Source: a virus
Strand: one strand, 5' to 3'
IMG/VR virus record: IMGVR_UViG_3300034988_000024
Length of the DNA: 64,000 nucleotides
Part shown: in pieces, positions 1-6,717 of the stretch
Layout: each line of letters opens with the position of its first letter
Position numbering within the stretch: position 1 is the first letter of the stretch
The notes under the pieces: generated by a model
What the model saw: only the letters and a program-made list of their open reading frames with translations
The model's database searches: none
Told to the model about the DNA's origin: nothing
Position numbers and translations under genes: made by a program

Positions 1-51
1 TGACGAGACGCTGCAAACGTCTAGTCGGCGGTTCGACTCCGCCAGGCGCCT
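1..51 (+). tRNA. 3' fragment of a tRNA cut by the window edge; anticodon loop CTGCAAA gives GCA (Cys), T-arm GGCGG-TTCGACT-CCGCC, discriminator U
   Basis: T-loop TTCGA motif, acceptor 3' strand AGGCGCC; U73 fits Cys identity. Confidence 0.45.
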
Positions 52-73
52 CCGCAACGCAAAGGAGAAGAGC

Positions 74-586
74 ATGTTCAAGGTCAATGGATTCAAGCTA
101 CAACACCGGATACGTGAGCTGGCGAACATGCGCGAAGTGTACAACCGCCAGTTCACCGAGGGGCGCTTCCGCTTCCCCGACGAAGAGAAGCGGACGCCGC
201 AAGAGGCGATGGCGCTTCTCGATGAGACGGAGCGCAAGATCGTCGAGCTTCAGCTCGCTCAGGCGCGGTTCAACACTGAGATCAAAGTCGAGGTCGACGG
301 TCAGTCGCTACCCCTGATGTTCGCCGTCAAGATGGTCGGCGCCCTGGGCCGCATGGAGAAGATGTGGCGCAACGCTTCGAAGGGGAACGAGAGCCGCTAC
401 AGCTACCGCGACTTCGAGACCGAGCGAGACAAAGACAAGGTCTACGCCGTTCCGGCGATGACCATGGACGCGTTCGCCGCAAAGGCTCGCGAGGCGGGCG
501 CCAGAGCGGCTCGGTACCGTGAGGCGATCGCCCTCGGTAACGCGACCTCGCTGGAGATGGATGTCGATCCAGGGCTCTTCGAGTAA
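74..586 (+). CDS. hypothetical protein (170 aa)
   Basis: ORF with strong SD AAGGAGA 7 nt upstream of ATG; no recognisable domain. Confidence 0.6.
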   Translation: MFKVNGFKLQHRIRELANMREVYNRQFTEGRFRFPDEEKRTPQEAMALLDETERKIVELQLAQARFNTEIKVEVDGQSLPLMFAVKMVGALGRMEKMWRNASKGNESRYSYRDFETERDKDKVYAVPAMTMDAFAAKAREAGARAARYREAIALGNATSLEMDVDPGLFE

Positions 587-778
587 TCGATCGGCCCTTT
601 ATCGAGTGCATGGGAAGACCAAACCATTTTTCGTTGAGAGACGGAGGTAGCGAATTTCACGCTGACGGTGGCCCCGCTTTGTCACCCAAAGAGGCCCTAC
701 TGCTTGGGGCGTCGTTTCAGTTGCGGGTACCCGCGCGTGAGGAATGCCATCTTAGTGCTCGTTTTCCCGTGCACATAT

Positions 779-851
779 GCCCCTGTGGTCCAACGGATAG
801 GGCACCGGCCTTCTAAGCCGGGTGGTGGGGGTTCGAATCCCTCCAGGGGTG
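779..851 (+). tRNA. tRNA-Arg (anticodon TCT)
   Basis: Cloverleaf: acceptor GCCCCTG/CAGGGGT, anticodon stem CCGGC/GCCGG, loop CTTCTAA, T-arm GGGGG-TTCGAAT-CCCTC. Confidence 0.75.
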
Positions 852-855
852 CTAT

Positions 856-929
856 GGACCCGTAGTTCAATTGGATAGAGCGCCTGGCTTCGGACCAGGA
901 TGTTGGGGGTTCGAGTCCCTCCGGGTCTG
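856..929 (+). tRNA. tRNA-Arg (anticodon TCG), tentative isotype
   Basis: Acceptor GGACCCG/CGGGTCT, D-loop AATTGGATA, anticodon stem CCTGG/CCAGG loop CTTCGGA, T-loop TTCGAGT. Confidence 0.65.
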
Positions 930-939
930 CTGAGTAATT

Positions 940-1011
940 GATCCCGTAGTGAAATGGATATCACGCAGCCCTGCGGAGGCTGAAATCCGAGTTCGAATCT
1001 CGGCGGGGTCG
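940..1011 (+). tRNA. tRNA-Arg (anticodon GCG), tentative
   Basis: Acceptor GATCCCG/CGGGGTC, D-stem GTGA/TCAC, anticodon stem CAGCC/GGCTG loop CTGCGGA, T-arm CCGAG-TTCGAAT-CTCGG. Confidence 0.6.
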
Positions 1012-1013
1012 CT

Positions 1014-1102
1014 TGCGGAGGGGAGACTATTGGCAGTCTCGCCAGTCTCATAAGCTGGTACCCTTAACCGGGTTGTGGGTTCGATTCCCATCTCCGCTAC
1101 CA
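1014..1102 (+). tRNA. type-II (long variable arm) tRNA with CAT anticodon, encoded CCA, A73; Leu-like body with Met/Ile-type anticodon
   Basis: D-stem AGAC/GTCT, anticodon stem CCAGT/GCTGG loop CTCATAA, 16-nt variable arm ACCC..GGGT, T-arm GTGGG-TTCGATT-CCCAT, 3' CTCCGCT-A-CCA. Confidence 0.5.
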
Positions 1103-1103
1103 A

Positions 1104-1174
1104 CCCAGTGACCTCGGGATGAGGAAGCGCGGCTCATATCCGCGTCTGCGAGAGTTCGATTCTCTCCGCTGGGA
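1104..1174 (+). tRNA. tRNA-Met/Ile2 (anticodon CAT), compact D-arm
   Basis: Acceptor CCCAGTG/CGCTGGG, anticodon stem CGCGG/CCGCG loop CTCATAT, T-arm GAGAG-TTCGATT-CTCTC. Confidence 0.55.
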
Positions 1175-1226
1175 CTGGCTCGTCACTGCCCCGACAGCCA
1201 ATCTCGGACGGCTTCAGCCGTCCACT

Positions 1227-1300
1227 CGGGCAGAGGGCTTGATGGTAAGCCGCCTGACTGGGGGTCAGGAGTAGTGCGGGTTCGACTCCCGCCTGCCCGA
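1227..1300 (+). tRNA. tRNA-Pro (anticodon GGG), tentative
   Basis: Acceptor CGGGCAG/CTGCCCG, D-stem GGCT/AGCC, anticodon stem CCTGA/TCAGG loop CTGGGGG, T-arm GCGGG-TTCGACT-CCCGC. Confidence 0.6.
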
Positions 1301-1325
1301 CCGGCCTTGGGCCTGGTCATATCAC

Positions 1326-2324
1326 ATGCAAGTTGTTAAGCTGCCCTTTCAGGAGGGTTTTCATGAAGTCATCGAGATGCAACAGTGGCTCGAAGCAGAG
1401 GACTACGACCTGCCGAAGTACGGTGTTGATGGGCACTACGGGGACGAAACCCAAAGCGCCCTGAACGACTTCGAGAAGGATCGAGGTCTCCCCCTGACTA
1501 TCAAGGGCGATCACGTCCACCAGGCGTCTCTGGATGCCATGGGTTGGGACTCTCCTGAAGATCCGGAAGTCCCTGCTCCGCCGCCGCAGACCATTACGGA
1601 GTTGAAGGTCTATGACCTTCGTGACACGCCGTGGATCACCGGCGACGACTTCACCCAACGCACCACAAAAAAGTTCAAGCGCGGAAGAGACGGCAAGCCC
1701 GTCGTCCGCGACCCATCGCAGGTGAACGGGATAACGATACATCAAACGGCTGTGCCCTACGGAGTGAAGCCGTATCAGATCAATGCAGCGGGCAAGTCGC
1801 TCGGCTACAACATGAAAAATCCTTCAGACGAAGAAAAGGAAGAGGCTGAGCGACTGGCTCTGGCTCGTCGAAGCCTCCAGGTCGCCTGCCATGTCATGGC
1901 CTTTAGACAAGGCTTTGTGTCGATTCCCAACGACATGCTGTGGTACGTGTATCATGGCAACGGCTGGAACTCGACGGAGCTTGGGATCGAGATCGATGGA
2001 CGCTTCCCAGGCGTCGAAGGCGGAAAGACCTGGAACGGCGGTCCCGCGACCGAGGTCACAGATACGCTGGTACGAGCTGCTTGTCTCGGCATCGAGATCC
2101 TGGTCATCGAAGGGCGCAAGGCAGGGATGCCGATTGAGTATATCCATGCTCATCGGCAGTCGTCGTCAACTCGGCGTGATGATCCCGGCGAAGAGCTGTG
2201 GAAGCGAGTGGTCCTCGATTTCGCAGTGCCCATTCTCGGCCTCAAGACCGAGCCTGCTCGCGCTATCGGAGACGGGCGTCCCGTCCCGAAGGAGTGGGAT
2301 CCGGATGGGGTCGGAAAGTGGTAA
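1326..2324 (+). CDS. endolysin: N-terminal peptidoglycan-binding domain plus C-terminal N-acetylmuramoyl-L-alanine amidase (amidase_2/PGRP-like)
   Basis: PG_binding_1-like LPKYGVDGHYGDETQSALNDFEKDRGL; amidase_2-like GITIHQTAV, HVMAFRQGF...WNSTELGIEIDG, IEYIHAHRQ. Confidence 0.8.
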   Translation: MQVVKLPFQEGFHEVIEMQQWLEAEDYDLPKYGVDGHYGDETQSALNDFEKDRGLPLTIKGDHVHQASLDAMGWDSPEDPEVPAPPPQTITELKVYDLRDTPWITGDDFTQRTTKKFKRGRDGKPVVRDPSQVNGITIHQTAVPYGVKPYQINAAGKSLGYNMKNPSDEEKEEAERLALARRSLQVACHVMAFRQGFVSIPNDMLWYVYHGNGWNSTELGIEIDGRFPGVEGGKTWNGGPATEVTDTLVRAACLGIEILVIEGRKAGMPIEYIHAHRQSSSTRRDDPGEELWKRVVLDFAVPILGLKTEPARAIGDGRPVPKEWDPDGVGKW

Positions 2325-2331
2325 GGTGTAG

Positions 2332-2571
2332 ATGTCGCTTTTCGTGCACGGCTGTGCTCACAAGACCACAGACGATCACTCATACATGACAGAAAACGGC
2401 CGCATCTGGATCTGCTCGAACTGCGGAGACAGGCGGAAGTGGGGTTCGAACTGGGGCTATTACGGCAACATCGAGTGCCGCCACTGTTGGACCGCTCGGA
2501 TCGATTTCGTTTATTGCTCGGACAAGTGCCTGAAAGAATATTTGGCGAAGCATCCAAATGCTGAAAAATAA
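2332..2571 (+). CDS. small Cys-rich (zinc-ribbon-like) hypothetical protein
   Basis: CxxC pairs (CSNCGD, CRHCW, CSDKC); directly follows endolysin. Confidence 0.4.
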   Translation: MSLFVHGCAHKTTDDHSYMTENGRIWICSNCGDRRKWGSNWGYYGNIECRHCWTARIDFVYCSDKCLKEYLAKHPNAEK

Positions 2572-2594
2572 GCAGGCTTTGCTATTATGGCGCC

Positions 2595-3098
2595 ATGGCT
2601 GAGAAGAAAAAGACCAAGGCAAAGAAAAAGACTGAGCCCGAAGAGCCCAAAGATGCTCCCATGCCAGACAAGGAGCCCGAGGGTAAGCCGTTGAGTGCTT
2701 ACAAGAAATTCGAGATGAAGAAGGTCGATGTCGTTCATCCTCCGGACGAGGAGTACGATAAGCAGATCGAAGACGCCGAGACGAAACTCCGGGAGATGAA
2801 CCTCAAGCATCCCGTCTGGCTTAAGGACAGGCATCCGATCGATCCGTCATGGCAAATAATGTTCCCCTCGAATCAGACCGGGGAGCAGTTGTCGATCATT
2901 ATTCAACAAAGAGCTGGTGGCTCCATGCCCCTGCTCGAAGCACCGAGTTTCTTGAAGCGCGGGGGGGTCAGGCTCCTCGATGCGCTTCTCGAATATGCGC
3001 CAGTCGCCCAGGAAGAGGCTGAGGCGGCGCTCAAAGCGGCTGAGGCCGAAAAGGAGCAAGAAGGGGATGATTCCGGTACCGGAGACTCATCAGGTTGA
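2595..3098 (+). CDS. hypothetical protein, Lys/Glu-rich N-terminus
   Basis: Clean ORF, no recognisable domain. Confidence 0.5.
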   Translation: MAEKKKTKAKKKTEPEEPKDAPMPDKEPEGKPLSAYKKFEMKKVDVVHPPDEEYDKQIEDAETKLREMNLKHPVWLKDRHPIDPSWQIMFPSNQTGEQLSIIIQQRAGGSMPLLEAPSFLKRGGVRLLDALLEYAPVAQEEAEAALKAAEAEKEQEGDDSGTGDSSG

Positions 3099-3438
3099 TC
3101 TCGTCTTTCCGGCTCGTGGCAGCAAATTCGCTCCTCCCTGGGATGAAATTCCAGAAAAGTTCAAGCGCAGACACCCGCTCAAAGAGTTTTTTCAGGGTGT
3201 TTTCTTTCAGCTCATCGACATCAAGACGGTGGAGATGATTCCGCGTGAGGGCGTTGAGGCGCAGCAGGCGTGGGACGCCCTGTGTGTCGTGCTCGGAAAT
3301 CGTGAGCTGCAGCAAGAGCACAAGGAGGCGGCGTTCGCCATGTTGTCCCACGAGTGGTTCGATATGATTGCCTGGACGGCGCGAGGTGGAGAAAAAAGGA
3401 CGTTTGCTGCAGAACGAGCGGAAAACGAAAGCGGATAG
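3067..3438 (+). CDS. hypothetical protein (start trimmed to internal ATG; overlaps upstream gene by 32 nt)
   Basis: ORF 2980-3438 in an alternative frame; likely start MIPVPETH. Confidence 0.3.
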   Translation: MIPVPETHQVDLVFPARGSKFAPPWDEIPEKFKRRHPLKEFFQGVFFQLIDIKTVEMIPREGVEAQQAWDALCVVLGNRELQQEHKEAAFAMLSHEWFDMIAWTARGGEKRTFAAERAENESG

Positions 3439-3447
3439 AAAATCAGC

Positions 3448-3948
3448 GTGGTAGGATCACGCATGCCCTTAATAAAGCGTGAAGACCTGCGGCAATGGGT
3501 CGAAGTTCACGTCGCCGGTGTATGTCTTCGCTCTGAAAATGGCGGCGAAACATTGGCTCTCATCGCCAAGAGGAATAAGGAACGCAACCTGTACCCAGGA
3601 AAGTGGGAGTGCTGTGGTGGCCAACTCCAAAGGGGCGAGAGCTTCATGGATGGAGCGAAGCGCCACTTTGAGCAGGAGATGGGCATCGAGGTTGTCCCGC
3701 TGAGCTTCTACCGCCTCTACGACATTCCCCTCCCGAATGGAAATGTCATCCCGGGCATCAGGTTTTTGTGCCTCTACGTGAGTGGCGAGGCCGATTCCGA
3801 GAACCATTCCGAGATACGCTGGGTAAAAAAGGACGAGATCGAATCCATGGACGATGATGTGTTCGTCCCAGGGATTCGTCAGACGATGCTCGTCTGGATG
3901 GACGGCCCTTTTCAGGCGCCGTTTGAAAACAAGAAAACACAAAAATAA
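3448..3948 (+). CDS. NUDIX hydrolase
   Basis: Nudix box GGQLQRGESFMDGAKRHFEQEMGIEV (Gx5Ex7REUxEExGU pattern). Confidence 0.75.
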   Translation: MVGSRMPLIKREDLRQWVEVHVAGVCLRSENGGETLALIAKRNKERNLYPGKWECCGGQLQRGESFMDGAKRHFEQEMGIEVVPLSFYRLYDIPLPNGNVIPGIRFLCLYVSGEADSENHSEIRWVKKDEIESMDDDVFVPGIRQTMLVWMDGPFQAPFENKKTQK

Positions 3949-3967
3949 TCCCCAGGACGAATTATAA

Positions 3968-4040
3968 GCCACCGTACCCCAACTGGCAGAGGACCGGCCT
4001 TAGGAGCCGGGAGCTGGGAGTTCGAATCTCCCCGGTGGCA
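3968..4040 (+). tRNA. tRNA-like gene, anticodon TAG (Leu-type) but with a short 5-nt variable loop; A73
   Basis: Acceptor GCCACCG/CGGTGGC, D-loop AACTGGCA, anticodon stem CCGGC/GCCGG loop CTTAGGA, T-arm GGGAG-TTCGAAT-CTCCC. Confidence 0.55.
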
Positions 4041-4054
4041 CCTTGAACGTGAAT

Positions 4055-4069
4055 ATAACATATGCTACC
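4055..4069 (+). promoter_or_regulatory. conserved palindromic motif ATAACATATGCTACC, about 45 nt upstream of the lipoprotein gene
   Basis: Member of the GTWRCATATGYTAC family recurring upstream of genes across the window. Confidence 0.5.
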
Positions 4070-4115
4070 TTCGTCAGAGTAAGCGGCTCACCCTGGAGCC
4101 AACGAAGGAGGATGC

Positions 4116-5165
4116 ATGAGGCCCCTTTTAGTGCTGCTACTTTCCTTGCTTTTTTCTGGTTGCGCTGAGGATCGGCGAATCTTTGAGGACCCTGATGGAG
4201 ATATCGATGGCGACGTGGTCACAGACGGCGATGCAGATGGCGACTCTGATGGCGACGGCGATAGCGACTCGGACTCCGATGGCGATGGCGATTCCGATGG
4301 CGATGGTGATGGCGACGGCGATGCGGATGGAGACGGAGACGGAGACGGGGACTGCGAAGAGCTGTGGTGTGTCGAGGAGTGGGTTACGCTCTACACTCGC
4401 GACTTGGCGTTCGAGGTTGGCTCGCCATCCCACCAGCCCGGGCACGAGGACGATGAAACGAGGCATCGGGTTTTTCTCACCTTCAACTTCGAGATTCAGA
4501 CGACCGAGGTGACGCAGTATCAGTTCGAGCGGCGGATGGGTTATGACCCGACAACGGAAGAGGGCTGTGACGGGAGCTGTCCCGTTGGCAGCGTCTCCTG
4601 GAACGAGGCGGCGGCTTACTGCAACGTCTTGTCCGATGAGGAGGGTGTCGAGCGTTGCTACAATTGCACCGGAACAGCACCCGACGTTTCTTGTAGCGTG
4701 AGTGCGACAATCGGCCGCATCGTCGACTGTGAGGGCTTCAGGCTTCCGACAGAGGCCGAATGGGAAGCGGCGGCACGCGGTGGAAATCATGAGCAGTCCA
4801 CCTATAACGGAACACTGACCGAAGAGCAGCTTGGGTGCGATAGTCCGAATGCTGTCTTGGACTCGATTGCGTGGTTCTGCGGGAACTCTGAACGAATGGT
4901 TCAGCCGGTAGCGCAGCTTGTCCCGAACGACTACGGTCTCTATGACATGCTCGGCAACCGTCTTGAGGCAGCCCACGACTGGTATGCCCCGTTCACTGCC
5001 GAAGACGTGACAGACCCAATGGGGCCTGAAACAGGCAGTCAAAGGGTGTACCGTGGCGGCTACGCCTGGGATGAAGGGCGTGGCTCAAGAGCTGCAAAGC
5101 GTTACCGACACGCCCAGGATTCCGACCGGAATCTCGGCTTCCGTCCAGCTCGGACGGCACCTTAG
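4116..5165 (+). CDS. secreted lipoprotein with (DGD)n acidic repeat and FGE-sulfatase (formylglycine-generating-enzyme-like) domain
   Basis: Lipobox LLLSLLFSGC; about 70 aa of DGD/DSD repeats; FGE-sulfatase signatures RLPTEAEWEAAARGG, GLYDMLGN, GFR; SD GAAGGAGG. Confidence 0.8.
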   Translation: MRPLLVLLLSLLFSGCAEDRRIFEDPDGDIDGDVVTDGDADGDSDGDGDSDSDSDGDGDSDGDGDGDGDADGDGDGDGDCEELWCVEEWVTLYTRDLAFEVGSPSHQPGHEDDETRHRVFLTFNFEIQTTEVTQYQFERRMGYDPTTEEGCDGSCPVGSVSWNEAAAYCNVLSDEEGVERCYNCTGTAPDVSCSVSATIGRIVDCEGFRLPTEAEWEAAARGGNHEQSTYNGTLTEEQLGCDSPNAVLDSIAWFCGNSERMVQPVAQLVPNDYGLYDMLGNRLEAAHDWYAPFTAEDVTDPMGPETGSQRVYRGGYAWDEGRGSRAAKRYRHAQDSDRNLGFRPARTAP

Positions 5166-5175
5166 ATCACAGACA

Positions 5176-5211
5176 TGTCACACTGCTCTTAATAGCTAAG
5201 GTCAGTGTGAC
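5176..5211 (+). terminator. hairpin (GTCACACTG/CAGTGTGAC, 9-bp stem) after the lipoprotein gene; weak U-tract
   Basis: Inverted repeat seen directly; T-run poor, so uncertain. Confidence 0.3.
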
Positions 5212-5215
5212 TTCG

Positions 5216-5287
5216 GCCCACGTACCCCAATTGGCAGAGGACCGGCCCGAGGCGCCGGAGGTGGGGGTTCGACTCCCCCCGTGGGCA
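5216..5287 (+). tRNA. tRNA-like gene, anticodon GAG (Leu-type), short variable loop, C33 in anticodon loop; A73
   Basis: Acceptor GCCCACG/CGTGGGC, same D-arm family as 3968, anticodon stem CCGGC/GCCGG loop CCGAGGC, T-arm GGGGG-TTCGACT-CCCCC. Confidence 0.5.
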
Positions 5288-5342
5288 CCGGGTTTATCTC
5301 GGGGTGAGGCGTGGCACGATGTATAATCATGCTGCGTCTTTG

Positions 5343-5429
5343 CGTGAGTGGTGAAATGGTAGACACGCCAGCCTCAGGAGCTGGTGGCCCTTAGAGGCCG
5401 TGGAGGTTCGACTCCTCTCTCACGCACCA
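5343..5429 (+). tRNA. tRNA-Leu (anticodon CAG), canonical type II with long variable arm and encoded CCA
   Basis: Acceptor GCGTGAG/CTCACGC, D-loop GTGAAATGGTAGAC, anticodon stem CCAGC/GCTGG loop CTCAGGA, variable arm TGGCCCTTAGAGGCCG. Confidence 0.75.
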
Positions 5430-5447
5430 GGGTAGAAAGATAGTGTT

Positions 5448-5648
5448 ATGACTTCGGAACGATACGAAAGGGCTGACGGTGAAGGCACGATCAAGCACGG
5501 CCCCTGTGAAAAGTGTGGGGCTCTGAAGTCGAAGGTGACTCACCGATTCGATCACTATGCAGACATGGTTTGCGAGAACGGTCATCACTGGGTGGCTGAC
5601 GTGAGGAGAGAAAATGTCACAAGTGAGTCAGTTTCTGGACACGCTTGA
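5448..5648 (+). CDS. small hypothetical protein (66 aa, CxxC...C)
   Basis: ORF right after tRNA; weak RBS. Confidence 0.3.
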   Translation: MTSERYERADGEGTIKHGPCEKCGALKSKVTHRFDHYADMVCENGHHWVADVRRENVTSESVSGHA

Positions 5649-5910
5649 ATTCGATCAGTGGTTGGATCGGTCCTTTGGCGATACGAGGTCAGTCAAGACC
5701 TGGCTGGCTTCGGGGCACTGCGCCCTAAAAGTACCGATCAATCAGCGCTGTTCTCGTTACGTCCCGGGCCATCGGGTCGCGGCGCTTGCAGCTTTCCTGC
5801 TTCCCTTTGCGACAGGATATTTCGCCTGGCGCCGCTCTGAAGGGAACGCAGGCTGGACAGCTCTCGGAGTCGCCTCTGGCTTCGTCGTCATCGAGGCCGC
5901 TCGTCGTTAG
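5614..5910 (+). CDS. hypothetical small membrane protein
   Basis: Hydrophobic C-terminal stretch AALAAFLLPFATGYFAW; overlaps the previous ORF. Confidence 0.35.
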   Translation: MSQVSQFLDTLEFDQWLDRSFGDTRSVKTWLASGHCALKVPINQRCSRYVPGHRVAALAAFLLPFATGYFAWRRSEGNAGWTALGVASGFVVIEAARR

Positions 5911-5924
5911 ATATATCGTGGTAT

Positions 5925-6007
5925 GCCGCTGTGGTGAAATGGTAGACACGCTTGGTTGAGGGCCAGGTGGGCGAAAGCCCGTGGAGGTTCGACTCCTCTC
6001 GGCGGCA
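5925..6007 (+). tRNA. tRNA-Leu (anticodon GAG), type II with long variable arm
   Basis: Acceptor GCCGCTG/CGGCGGC, anticodon stem CTTGG/CCAGG loop TTGAGGG, variable arm TGGGCGAAAGCCCG, T-arm GGAGG-TTCGACT-CCTCT. Confidence 0.7.
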
Positions 6008-6184
6008 CTAAATGTGGCGGGTGATCATTGTAATAATCCTGGGGATTATTGATAGTGGCTCAGACTACAGTTGTGAAGAGGCGTGTGGGGTGCTCGATGC
6101 TGAGCTGCTCAGGGTTGAGGGATGCTACTGCATCTGCAAGGACCCGCTGCATAAGTTCAGGGTGAGGATCCCAGATTGTCAGAT

Positions 6185-6260
6185 GCGCGTCTACCCTAAC
6201 TGGTAAAGGGACCAGGTTTAAACCCTGGGGATGAGGGTTCGACTCCCTCGGCGCGTACCA
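6185..6260 (+). tRNA. tRNA-like gene, anticodon TAA (Leu-UUR type) but short variable loop; encoded CCA, A73
   Basis: Acceptor GCGCGTC/GGCGCGT, D-loop AACTGGTAAA, anticodon stem CCAGG/CCTGG loop TTTAAAC, T-arm GAGGG-TTCGACT-CCCTC. Confidence 0.55.
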
Positions 6261-6277
6261 AGAAAAAGGGGTGAGGT

Positions 6278-6526
6278 ATGGCGACGAAGAGAGACGACTA
6301 CTACGACAAGACACCGCTGGAGGTGTTGGAGCAGGCCATGTGGCGACCGCACCTGGTATGCACTCGAAAGCTGCTCGGTCGTCATGGGACTCCTGGCGAG
6401 GTCATTGAGGGCTTGAGTGAACCCGCTCGAAAGAAGCTCAGGCAGCTCAAGAGCGACGACATCGCGAATATCCGTCCAGACATCGCAACGATGTTCGTTG
6501 GGACGGTTCCACAGCATTTGCTGTGA
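6278..6526 (+). CDS. hypothetical protein (82 aa)
   Basis: SD AAGGGGTGAGG upstream of ATG. Confidence 0.5.
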   Translation: MATKRDDYYDKTPLEVLEQAMWRPHLVCTRKLLGRHGTPGEVIEGLSEPARKKLRQLKSDDIANIRPDIATMFVGTVPQHLL

Positions 6527-6530
6527 TTTT

Positions 6531-6607
6531 GGCGCCGTAACCCAATTTGGCAGAGGTCCCGCCTCAAAAGCGGGCGGTTGGGGGTTCGATTCCCCCCGGC
6601 GCTACCA
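6531..6607 (+). tRNA. tRNA-like gene, anticodon CAA (Leu-type) but short variable loop; encoded CCA, A73
   Basis: Acceptor GGCGCCG/CGGCGCT, D-loop AATTTGGCA, anticodon stem CCCGC/GCGGG loop CTCAAAA, T-arm GGGGG-TTCGATT-CCCCC. Confidence 0.55.
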
Positions 6608-6608
6608 A

Positions 6609-6690
6609 TGGTAAACATAAACCCCTCTCATGTTTACCGAGCGGGGCCTGGTAAACATAAACCCTGTTTTGGTTTACGGAGAGGCGCCAC
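6609..6690. repeat. repeat array: GGTAAACATAAACCC as a direct repeat (x2), interleaved with inverted copies (ATGTTTACC, GGTTTACGG) at about 20-bp spacing
   Basis: Seen directly between the tRNA and the radical-SAM gene; operator- or iteron-like arrangement. Confidence 0.55.
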
Positions 6691-6717
6691 TGAAACAAAA
6701 AAGGGGAACGTTCGTAA

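Noticed and set aside
752-1103. ORFs of 99 and 78 aa on the minus strand over the tRNA array
   Set aside because: They span six well-formed tRNA cloverleaves; the tRNA explanation is stronger.
4183-4330. Short tandem nucleotide repeats (GATGGCGAC-like) that could be mistaken for a CRISPR or VNTR array
   Set aside because: They lie inside a continuous ORF encoding a (DGD)n tract; there are no spacers and no repeat-spacer periodicity.
3969-6607. Reading the short-arm tRNA-like genes as Gln, Trp or another type-I isotype via a shifted anticodon register
   Set aside because: The perfect 5-bp anticodon stems fix a 7-nt loop whose central triplets are UAG, GAG, UAA and CAA. No alternative register gives a standard U33/purine-37 loop, so the Leu-anticodon reading is retained, though flagged as uncertain.
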